A stretch of DNA of 64,000 bases, from the NCBI GenBank assembly GCA_902790595.1, contig CADASL010000005.1:28949-92948 (forward strand), in the 5' to 3' direction. The notes beneath the pieces are model-generated. The model was not told the origin of the DNA. It did no database searches and saw nothing but the letters and a program-made list of their open reading frames with translations. Made by a program: the position numbers and the translations under genes. This DNA comes from an uncultured Bacteroidales bacterium. GTDB taxonomy: Bacteria > Bacteroidota > Bacteroidia > Bacteroidales > SZUA-534. Below are positions 56,678 to 64,000 of this stretch, in pieces (positions within the stretch are counted from its first letter, which is position 1; every line of letters begins with the position of its first letter).

Positions 56678-58537
56678 TCAAGTGTAAAGCATTTGTTGAA
56701 TACACTCTCTCAAATACTTAAACGGAAATGGTACTACTGTCAGTTGTCCGTTTCGCACGAAAGTCACACTCATTAGCGGTAATAATTGTTCAAAGAACAG
56801 TTCTGATTGCTTATAAGGAAGAATCTTTCTTATGTTAGCGGCGCATTGTATCGTTGAATTTAAGCCGTAGCCAGACACTCCCGAATAGTAATATTGACAA
56901 CCATCTTTTTGGTAGCATTTAATATCTATACAAGAACCGAACAATTGTTCTTTGTATTGAGTGCTGCGGACACCTTTCACAGAACGCTTGTTTTCAGCTA
57001 CCGCCACTTCCTGCTTGTATCGTTTTAATTGAGACTCAACTTCGAACATATCGGGAAGTGTTCTTAAATCCGTCTCCTGGATAATGTTTATTGACTCTCC
57101 GTGTTGAATTGTACCACAAACAATGCCATCTTCATCGTTGTCAAATATTTCCATACAATCATTGAATTTGTTCATATTAAACAAGTCCAATTCCAACTCT
57201 TCGAAATCAAATGTTCCATCTGGGTGAATGGTCATAAAAAAGAAACGGGGTGTCTTATCGTCCATAATCCGTAAACCGAAAGTCCAATCATCCAAGAAAT
57301 TGTACTCTTTCCAATCAACCAAAGATATGGTTCTCCCCTGAATGTCGTTCTTAATCAAAAGCTCTTCGGCGACGGTGTTTATCGCACTTGTGACATTAGT
57401 TTTGAAATTCTCATAGGTTATGTGCTGAACAACGCACCCCTCAAATTTGTCGTTGTGCGGGTCGTTGCCGCCATCGTATGTGTCTTTGTCGTGTATTATC
57501 CTCAAATTGAGGCAACCTTTTTTGGGGTGCTTTATTACTGTAGCCTGCACACTAAATCTTTCTTTTAATGCGGATTGCAAGTCGTCAACAAAATCACTAG
57601 AATAGGTATCGCCAATTGCATCAACTATTCTTATTGGTTGCTTCTTTATCAATTCACCAATCAACGCTTTTGTCTTTTCAGACAATTTAGGCTCCACAAC
57701 CAACTCTCTTAAATTGGGTATACTCAGAAATTGAACTTCAACAAATTTGCCGCACTTCTCATTAAACTTCTTTAGCACATTAGTTATCACTCCCAATTTG
57801 CATTGTTTGTAGTATTCAATTCCCCGAATATCCAAGAATGTTATTTCGTTTTTGTCTTTTTTTGTTTGACGGGCAATAAAACCAACATCTTTGCTGTCTT
57901 TCGGTTTGCGGCGTAATGTTTGGTTTCGCGATAATATGTACTGTGGGTATTCTTCAAACTTCTTTGCTTTAAATTCTATTTCTTTGCGTAATGTGGCTGA
58001 TGAGAACGTTTGAATCGACCATTTTAAAACAAGGTCTTTTGTGATTTTCAACTCCAAACAAGGAATTTGCGATACTGGCGCATCCTCACCTTTGAATCGT
58101 TTTATCCAAGAAGCATCGTAGCAATAGAAATGGCCTGTAATGTTGTTGAATTTCAACTCATCGGTTTCGTATGTGCCCAAACTATTGAGCAACAATTGGG
58201 CAATTACGTGTTCTGGAACTTGTTTAAACCCCGTGTCGCGCTCATCATTGGAAATGATATTGTTTCCTCCGTCAGACTTGACGAGTTCTCCATTCAATTG
58301 CCTGAAATTGTGTTCATTGTGCTTTAACAACACATAAAACGTTTTGCCGCCTTCAAAAACAACCGAAAGAACATTGCTGTTCTCAAATGGCACATCAACC
58401 ATTTTAGCCCCATTGGGGAAATATGGATTTTTCTTACTTGGATTCTTGACTTGAGAATCGATTCTAAATATGTCGTAGGTTTTCAGAAGTTTCTCTCTGT
58501 CAACCTTTATTGCTACCTGATTTATTATACTTTCCAT
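56678..58537 (-). CDS. 619-aa protein of unknown family; candidate Argonaute-like (MID/PIWI-type) component of the operon
   Basis: Uninterrupted ORF whose ATG at 58537 overlaps the upstream gene by 38 nt. The only motifs I can relate to a family are GIEYYKQCKLGVITNVL (about aa 239-255, compare Argonaute MID Y-x3-K...G-x-x-T-Q-x-V) and the C-terminal NGQLTVVPFPFKYLRECI (compare the PIWI C-terminal h-P-x-P-h-x-Y-A). The gene call is solid; the family call is inference. Confidence 0.6.
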   Translation of the reverse strand: MESIINQVAIKVDREKLLKTYDIFRIDSQVKNPSKKNPYFPNGAKMVDVPFENSNVLSVVFEGGKTFYVLLKHNEHNFRQLNGELVKSDGGNNIISNDERDTGFKQVPEHVIAQLLLNSLGTYETDELKFNNITGHFYCYDASWIKRFKGEDAPVSQIPCLELKITKDLVLKWSIQTFSSATLRKEIEFKAKKFEEYPQYILSRNQTLRRKPKDSKDVGFIARQTKKDKNEITFLDIRGIEYYKQCKLGVITNVLKKFNEKCGKFVEVQFLSIPNLRELVVEPKLSEKTKALIGELIKKQPIRIVDAIGDTYSSDFVDDLQSALKERFSVQATVIKHPKKGCLNLRIIHDKDTYDGGNDPHNDKFEGCVVQHITYENFKTNVTSAINTVAEELLIKNDIQGRTISLVDWKEYNFLDDWTFGLRIMDDKTPRFFFMTIHPDGTFDFEELELDLFNMNKFNDCMEIFDNDEDGIVCGTIQHGESINIIQETDLRTLPDMFEVESQLKRYKQEVAVAENKRSVKGVRSTQYKEQLFGSCIDIKCYQKDGCQYYYSGVSGYGLNSTIQCAANIRKILPYKQSELFFEQLLPLMSVTFVRNGQLTVVPFPFKYLRECIQQMLYT

Positions 58538-61500
58538 CTATGGCATTTTTAATGTATAAAACGGCTTGTTCGTTGGGAACCAACTCGCCATTAACTAAAG
58601 AATACAAACACGGAATTTCAACTATCATTTGTGTGACCGAAGGTTGATAGTTTGATTGGCTCACAATTTGGGTATTCGCAACAATAATGGTCTCGGCTCC
58701 GCATTCGTCTTTCTTATTAGTTATCTTCTCAATGTATTCATCTGCATTGAATTGGGTGCTTTCTTTCCAATGTTTGAAATCGATAAAAATAGGTTTACCT
58801 TTCACTTGGAAATCAAAGAACTCATAATATTCGGGCACCAAATCTTCCAATTCTACATTTATAATTTGCGAGAAGAAAACTCTCCCGACAAATTCTCCTA
58901 ATGCTCCTTTGTAAATATTGTTGAACAACGGTGGCGACATTATGAACTTACGTTTCACCCAATCTGTGGCATATCTATTTTGCTCGAAATAAGATTTCAA
59001 TCCTGGCAGTTTCAATAGATTGTGTAAATTCACGCTTTCTGCGGATTCTGTTGCGAAACCTGATTGAGCCGAGAACGACACCTCGGTTTTGGAAAAGTCG
59101 TTTTCGGTTTTGTAATAGACATTGTTGGCCACTGTTGGCAACTCAATGTAGAAGAACCTCCACGAAGTGTTTTCCCACTCTTCTTTTGTTAATGTCGGGT
59201 GTTGCAAGACAAAATCACGCAGACGCTGCCATCGTTCAATATTATCTTTATTCCAATATTTGAAATTCAGCATTCTCAGTATCTGTCGGTTCGCCTTATA
59301 CGAAACATCTTCCGCTTTCTTCACAGCGTCAATTTCTTCTGGAATTAGCATTTTGCGATTATCTTTCAACCTATTTGCAAGTGCCCGAAACTCCCAATTG
59401 AAATCCTTTGATTTATCATCAATTATCGGATAGTATAAGACATCTGCAATCTCGTCGTGAGCAAAAATGTAAATATGCTGGCTTTTCATATTGGTTCTGC
59501 ATATTCGACCAACCGCCTGAATCAGACATCTGGTTGCGGCAATCTGCGCACTATTGGTGTCTAATAAAGAGTTGAAAAACTTGTTCTTTCCTCTCAACTT
59601 ATCGAATGCGGCTCGTATATTGTTGTCTTTATCTGCTGGTGAAATTTCATAATTGTCGCACAGGTATTCACATTGATAAATGTAACGCGCCACATCTTCA
59701 ATCGGCACGTCTGGCAGAATCATATTCACCATTACATTCGTAGGCTTATCGAGATAAATGGCATCGAAATCTTTCTGTTCGCGTTCTTTAAAATCGTTTG
59801 TATGAACAAGTTTTCCTTTTAATAATTCGGGAATGTCATATTGCAAATTTTGCCCTGCGCCAATGGTTTGGTATGACGATACTACAAAACGACGATGGCC
59901 TTTTGCCAGGGCATCAAGAATGTCGTCCTTTTTGTTGTCGAAATCGGCACTATCCAAAATAACCGCCACTTTTTCGTCATAAGGGACTTTCGCTTCTTCG
60001 GAAATCGCCTTGAATATTTTTTGTAAGAAAGACCATTTCAAGGTATTGCTATCTTCTTTAGGTAACGTAGTAAGCATACACAACAACGAATATATTTCGG
60101 GGTGGTTGATAAACTGCTTATAAACCCAAGCGATTCTTATATATCGACACTTAAGATAGACTTCGGTCCTTTTCCCTTTGCTATCCAATCTTGGTGGCAG
60201 CATACTTTCAAGTTCGTTGTAAATCAACTCTGCCACTTCTTCGTTTGAAAAGATTTTCCTCCATTGATTACTATTGATATAATCACCATCGGTTATGTGT
60301 TCTGTCACACCAACTTGAATCATATCTTTCTTGTAACCCGAGACTGAATTTTTGAATTGTTGATGAAGCCGTTCTCTATCGTTGTCTGTGAGTTGGCGGT
60401 ATCCACTATGAAGCCGCCATTTCAAATAATTCAAATCGTAGTTGGCAGTCACGCTTTCCAACGATGCTGTAGCAGATAGTCCTACAACTTTTGCCGACAA
60501 ACACATTTTCTTCATTATCTTTTCTGGTGTTTCCTCAAAAGAATAACGGAAAATGTCGGTTTTCAAATCGTGTCGGTCCTCATCAAGAAATTCATAATAG
60601 TTCCAACCTTTGTTGCAAAATCTGGTATCGCCACTTTCATAATCATCATCAATGCTGTTGGCTTCGTTATTGTTCCCCTTCCAAGTCATTTGCACTTCAC
60701 GAACCAATTTCGTTACAATGCTTGGCTCAGCAATAAATGTTGATAACACGGTTTGAATTGCTGAGTCAATAGAATAGTCCCTTTGAGTATCAGAATGACT
60801 TATCTCTTCTTGCCGAAGTTGCTGATAATTGATTGAAAGAACACTAACACCTTTCAAGAAATAATTAATGAAACGCTTAACATCGGAAAGAACTTCTTGA
60901 ATTTTCTTGGTTTCGCTGTCCGAATTGAGCAATATGGCATTCCAATTCCCTTTGCCGTCAAATTTGGTTACAATGTCTTTTTTGTCTGAAACCATTGATG
61001 AATATCCAAAGTCATTGAACAAGAAGTATCGTTCTTCGTGGTCGAAATCCTGCGACTTATGACAGAAATCGAGTTTGTGCTTCTCGTTAGTTTCCTGTGC
61101 CAATTTCTTTATGTCATTTATAATTTTTTCCAAGGGGAACTTCTTGTTATACTCATTCTTTTTCCTGTTTTCCGATGGTGTGATTAATCTTTTGGGGATT
61201 TCTCTTGTCAAAAGCCCCGAATGGATTCTCTTAAAAAGGTCAATATAGTTTATCCCATTCTCGATATTCCTGTCAATGATATTATTAAGCATTGTCTCTT
61301 TTGTGGCATCAAACTCATCGACAAAAACAAAGGAATTCTTGAATGACGGATGATTGTAAAAGAAATATGGATGCTCGACAATAGTTGAATGTTCGAGCAG
61401 AAACTTATCAATGGTAAGGAAATAAACTGAATAGTCTTGAGTGAACACTGACGGGTATAACTCACCAATCCAATGCCATTGCGCTTGAGTTTTGACCGCT

Positions 61501-61988
61501 TGTAGTTTTTTCTTTCTATCCTTAAATTCCTCGTGAAGTTTATATGTAAGCATTTTGCGGAAATTTCTTTCCGCTTCTTGAAATTCATTGAATTGGGATT
61601 CTTTATGTCTTTCTTTTAATAATTCGACTATTTCATATTTTTCTTCCAGTTTCTTAAACTCATCGCTTTTCCATACCTTGTCATTTTTCTTGACATCATC
61701 TCTTATTGAATCGAAATTCTCTTTTACAAAATCAATGTTTGGTTTAATTCTAAATACCTTTTTCCGTTGTTCTTCCGATAATATATCCAACAAGTCATTA
61801 TACGGGTCATCAAGATTCTTTTTGAGTGTGGTCACAAAGAAAATTTTCTTATCTGGATATTTTTCCATTAGTTCTTTGATATAATGGATAACCTCGTAAG
61901 TTTTGCCTGCACCTGTCGGCATATCTATAAGAAACAACCCATTGGTTGATTGTTCGTCTTCGCAAAAACTCTTTATTACTTCTTTCAT
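58500..61988 (-). CDS. 1162-aa SF2 (DEAD/DEAH, type-III-restriction-Res-like) helicase with C-terminal PD-(D/E)xK-like nuclease motif
   Basis: The motifs are I (DMPTGAGKTY, aa ~22-31), II (FVFVDEFDAT), III (VVGLSATASL) and VI (IQAVGRICRTN). The C-terminal YKGALGEFVGRVFF...FFDFQVKGKPIFIDFKHW (nt ~58770-58915) fits E...D...(D/E)xK. Confidence 0.8.
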   Translation of the reverse strand: MKEVIKSFCEDEQSTNGLFLIDMPTGAGKTYEVIHYIKELMEKYPDKKIFFVTTLKKNLDDPYNDLLDILSEEQRKKVFRIKPNIDFVKENFDSIRDDVKKNDKVWKSDEFKKLEEKYEIVELLKERHKESQFNEFQEAERNFRKMLTYKLHEEFKDRKKKLQAVKTQAQWHWIGELYPSVFTQDYSVYFLTIDKFLLEHSTIVEHPYFFYNHPSFKNSFVFVDEFDATKETMLNNIIDRNIENGINYIDLFKRIHSGLLTREIPKRLITPSENRKKNEYNKKFPLEKIINDIKKLAQETNEKHKLDFCHKSQDFDHEERYFLFNDFGYSSMVSDKKDIVTKFDGKGNWNAILLNSDSETKKIQEVLSDVKRFINYFLKGVSVLSINYQQLRQEEISHSDTQRDYSIDSAIQTVLSTFIAEPSIVTKLVREVQMTWKGNNNEANSIDDDYESGDTRFCNKGWNYYEFLDEDRHDLKTDIFRYSFEETPEKIMKKMCLSAKVVGLSATASLESVTANYDLNYLKWRLHSGYRQLTDNDRERLHQQFKNSVSGYKKDMIQVGVTEHITDGDYINSNQWRKIFSNEEVAELIYNELESMLPPRLDSKGKRTEVYLKCRYIRIAWVYKQFINHPEIYSLLCMLTTLPKEDSNTLKWSFLQKIFKAISEEAKVPYDEKVAVILDSADFDNKKDDILDALAKGHRRFVVSSYQTIGAGQNLQYDIPELLKGKLVHTNDFKEREQKDFDAIYLDKPTNVMVNMILPDVPIEDVARYIYQCEYLCDNYEISPADKDNNIRAAFDKLRGKNKFFNSLLDTNSAQIAATRCLIQAVGRICRTNMKSQHIYIFAHDEIADVLYYPIIDDKSKDFNWEFRALANRLKDNRKMLIPEEIDAVKKAEDVSYKANRQILRMLNFKYWNKDNIERWQRLRDFVLQHPTLTKEEWENTSWRFFYIELPTVANNVYYKTENDFSKTEVSFSAQSGFATESAESVNLHNLLKLPGLKSYFEQNRYATDWVKRKFIMSPPLFNNIYKGALGEFVGRVFFSQIINVELEDLVPEYYEFFDFQVKGKPIFIDFKHWKESTQFNADEYIEKITNKKDECGAETIIVANTQIVSQSNYQPSVTQMIVEIPCLYSLVNGELVPNEQAVLYIKNAIDGKYNKSGSNKG

Positions 61989-62006
61989 ATGATAAAACGT
62001 GTCTAA

Positions 62007-62879
62007 CTAATACTTCTGTTTCCCTGGTATAACTCCCCTAACCCCGCCTTTCGGGTTCTCAACATCGCCTTTGTAGCGCGGAATCAGGTGAATGTGAACG
62101 TGAAAAACGCTTTGCCCTGCGGCCTCGCCAACGTTTATGCCCACGTTGAAGCCATCGGGGTGGAAACGCTCCGCCAACAGTTTTTTGCAATGGTTCACCA
62201 AAAGCCACAAGGCACGCTGTTCACGTGTTGTTAAATCGAAATAACTGGCAACGTGGCGTTTGGGGATAATCAACGTATGGCCTTTGCTCACTGGGTAGCC
62301 GTCGAAAAAGGCAACTGCGGTGGCGGTCTCGCTCAACAATTCCACTTTCGGATTCAGGTTGCAGAAAGGGCAACCTTGGACAATCTCGTATTTCTTTTTG
62401 TAATCGGTTTTGTTGAAGTGCCTGTACTCATATATTTCGCAATTCTCGTTTGCAAAAACGCTTTTGTACGGTAGAACCACATTGCATTGATATGTGGGTT
62501 GCTTGTGTACAAAATGCGTGCGGAACCCTTCGCTTTTCAAATCGCGGCGGACTGCGAAATAGGCGGTTCCTGTTGGTTTGAGCAGTTCTGAAACCGACAT
62601 CAGCACTTCGGCTTGTTCTTCGGGTTCAAGAACGTTGAGCACATAATTGCAAATTATTGTGTCAAAGCGTTTTGTCGGATATTCGGGGCGGTAATAGTTG
62701 TCGTAACCGACAATGTTGTAGCCTTCCTTCTGAAGTTGGTCAGTGTCAAAACCAAATCCACAGCCAAAATCAAGAATCTCGCCTTTCAAAAGGTTGTTTT
62801 GTTTCAGCCATCGTGTTGGAAACGAATATGTTGTGCGCTCTTTGGCCGTCAAATGTGGGTTGTTCTTTATCTTTTTCAT
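62007..62879 (-). CDS. Fusion protein: class-I SAM-dependent methyltransferase (N) + histidine-triad (HIT) nucleotide hydrolase/transferase (C)
   Basis: I start at ATG 62879, which forms an ATGA overlap with the upstream stop; the ORF track starts 3 codons earlier. The N-half has ILDFGCGFGFDT (motif I) and FDTIICNYVLNVLEPEE. The C-half has CPFC...FFDGYPVSKGHTLIIPKRH...AGQSVFHVHIHLIPR (HxHxHxx). Confidence 0.82.
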   Translation of the reverse strand: MKKIKNNPHLTAKERTTYSFPTRWLKQNNLLKGEILDFGCGFGFDTDQLQKEGYNIVGYDNYYRPEYPTKRFDTIICNYVLNVLEPEEQAEVLMSVSELLKPTGTAYFAVRRDLKSEGFRTHFVHKQPTYQCNVVLPYKSVFANENCEIYEYRHFNKTDYKKKYEIVQGCPFCNLNPKVELLSETATAVAFFDGYPVSKGHTLIIPKRHVASYFDLTTREQRALWLLVNHCKKLLAERFHPDGFNVGINVGEAAGQSVFHVHIHLIPRYKGDVENPKGGVRGVIPGKQKY

Positions 62880-63931
62880 CGCTCCCAATATTTAAAGCCC
62901 ATATTTTCAGCAATCTGCGCCAATGGCGAGAATGTCTTTTGAAAAACATTGCAAAAATCATCGTCTGACATACGAACCAATTCACCAACTGAATCATATA
63001 CAGTAAGATAATCTTCGAGAATCTTGTTGTTAGGATTCTTCGGATAGATTGTTTTCAATGCCTTATGGTGCAACTCCGCATACGGATTCAGGTAAATATC
63101 CAACGGCGGCAGATTGTTGCTTTTCGACGAATTAATGCTTGAATCGGCTGGCAACAAATTCCATAACAGATTGTGCGACACAAAACTCCACGGAATAAAA
63201 TGGTCCAAATCGTAGTCTTTGGCAATCAACGGTTTATTGGTGTATATGCAACGAATTGAGCCAACGGTTTCGATATATGCGTCCCAAAACTTATGCTGCT
63301 TTGTGAGTGAATCGCGAAGAATCGGTTTTATAAGTTTCGAAGGCACATCTGGCACATTCGGGTTGCGTTTTTGCAGAAATTCGGTCAGGTTCCAAAAAGC
63401 AAAATCGCGCAGAATTGTGTAATGCTCAGTCAGATATTCAACCCAATTGTCGTTGATTACAATTTCATCGCCGTAAATGGCATAAAGACAATCATTTTCA
63501 AAACGTTGCGATTTGGCCACCACATCTTCATCGTAGGTGTATTTTATCCAAGGCGAAAGAAAACGATATGGTACATTCAGAGTGAAAACCCTTAAAAACT
63601 TCTTTGTACCGTTCAGATTATCAAGCAAATATTTCTTTATCTTATCCTTATCAGATTCGATTGAAATCTGAAACGCATTTTGAATTTCAAGCGATTTGTC
63701 GAACAGCGAATCGGACTTGCCAAACGAGATTTTAAAATAATGAATCGGATACCAAGATTCCGCCACCATTCCTGCAATGATTTCCCAAAACGAGATTCGC
63801 GTTTTGCGCTCTTTCACAACAATATCCAACAATGCCACAAACCAATAGAATTTGTACGTTGCAGTGGTATTGCTGAATATCCCTGCAAGGGTGGGGATTG
63901 GAAGTTTGTAGCTGTTTGGTAAGGTCATCAT
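62876..63931 (-). CDS. HNH-endonuclease-domain protein with uncharacterised ~230-aa N-terminal region
   Basis: 351 aa. The HNH core is YDLDHFIPWSFVSHNLLWNLLPADSSINSSKSN. I cannot place the N-terminus (ATYKFYWFVALLDIVVKERK...) in a family. It is the first gene of the operon, and only 69 nt of upstream sequence lie inside the window. Confidence 0.75.
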   Translation of the reverse strand: MMTLPNSYKLPIPTLAGIFSNTTATYKFYWFVALLDIVVKERKTRISFWEIIAGMVAESWYPIHYFKISFGKSDSLFDKSLEIQNAFQISIESDKDKIKKYLLDNLNGTKKFLRVFTLNVPYRFLSPWIKYTYDEDVVAKSQRFENDCLYAIYGDEIVINDNWVEYLTEHYTILRDFAFWNLTEFLQKRNPNVPDVPSKLIKPILRDSLTKQHKFWDAYIETVGSIRCIYTNKPLIAKDYDLDHFIPWSFVSHNLLWNLLPADSSINSSKSNNLPPLDIYLNPYAELHHKALKTIYPKNPNNKILEDYLTVYDSVGELVRMSDDDFCNVFQKTFSPLAQIAENMGFKYWER

Positions 63932-64000
63932 CTACATATGTAAAAAATAAGAAAAGACTTGTATGGAAGCATTTTATAATCATCCATAACTATGCGTCTT

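Noticed and set aside
1-64000. Scan for tRNA/rRNA genes, CRISPR arrays, integrase/transposase genes and terminal inverted repeats of IS elements
   Set aside because: I saw no T-loop (GGTTCGAATCC-like) contexts outside coding regions and no regularly spaced 25-40-nt repeats. No ORF carries a DDE, tyrosine-recombinase or serine-recombinase motif. Mobility of the AT-rich regions therefore cannot be tied to an element inside this window.

Overview
This 64-kb chromosomal segment has the hallmarks of a Bacteroidales genome: a UpxY-led capsule locus, a SusC/SusD pair, fused SecDF, a Rho with a long N-terminus, a T9SS type-B sorting-domain protein and TAnnTTTG-type -7 boxes. Layout: (i) 1-4.4 kb holds housekeeping genes: a LOG-family gene, ribBA and a 907-aa secreted helical orphan. 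(ii) 4.6-31.5 kb is one ~27-kb, 26-gene, all-minus-strand capsular polysaccharide (CPS) locus. It starts at upxY and ends with a phosphonate module (cytidylyltransferase::PEP mutase, Fe-ADH, phosphonopyruvate decarboxylase). Its centre (about 8.2-29.6 kb) is far more AT-rich than its two ends. (iii) 31.9-33.7 kb holds an AAA ATPase gene bracketed by ~128-bp direct repeats, each built from five copies of a 13-14-nt motif. (iv) 33.8-40.2 kb holds SusC/SusD plus two lipoproteins. (v) 40.4-56.5 kb holds core genes: an ATPase, a UvrD/PcrA helicase, T9SS cargo, an ABC ATPase, secDF, rho, an S41 protease, pnuC plus a NadR-type kinase, DUF5131 and a class-II Fic. (vi) 56.7-63.9 kb is an AT-rich, translationally coupled four-gene operon: an HNH protein, a SAM-methyltransferase::HIT fusion, a 1162-aa SF2 helicase with a C-terminal PD-(D/E)xK-like motif, and a 619-aa orphan with Argonaute-like MID/PIWI-type motifs. 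I consider this operon the best candidate for an undescribed defence system, with a DdmDE-like core plus two extra enzymes. I recognised no rRNA, tRNA, CRISPR array, transposase or integrase. All functional calls come from reading the translated ORFs for family motifs; no database search or computation was possible, so every family assignment should be confirmed by HMM or structure searches.
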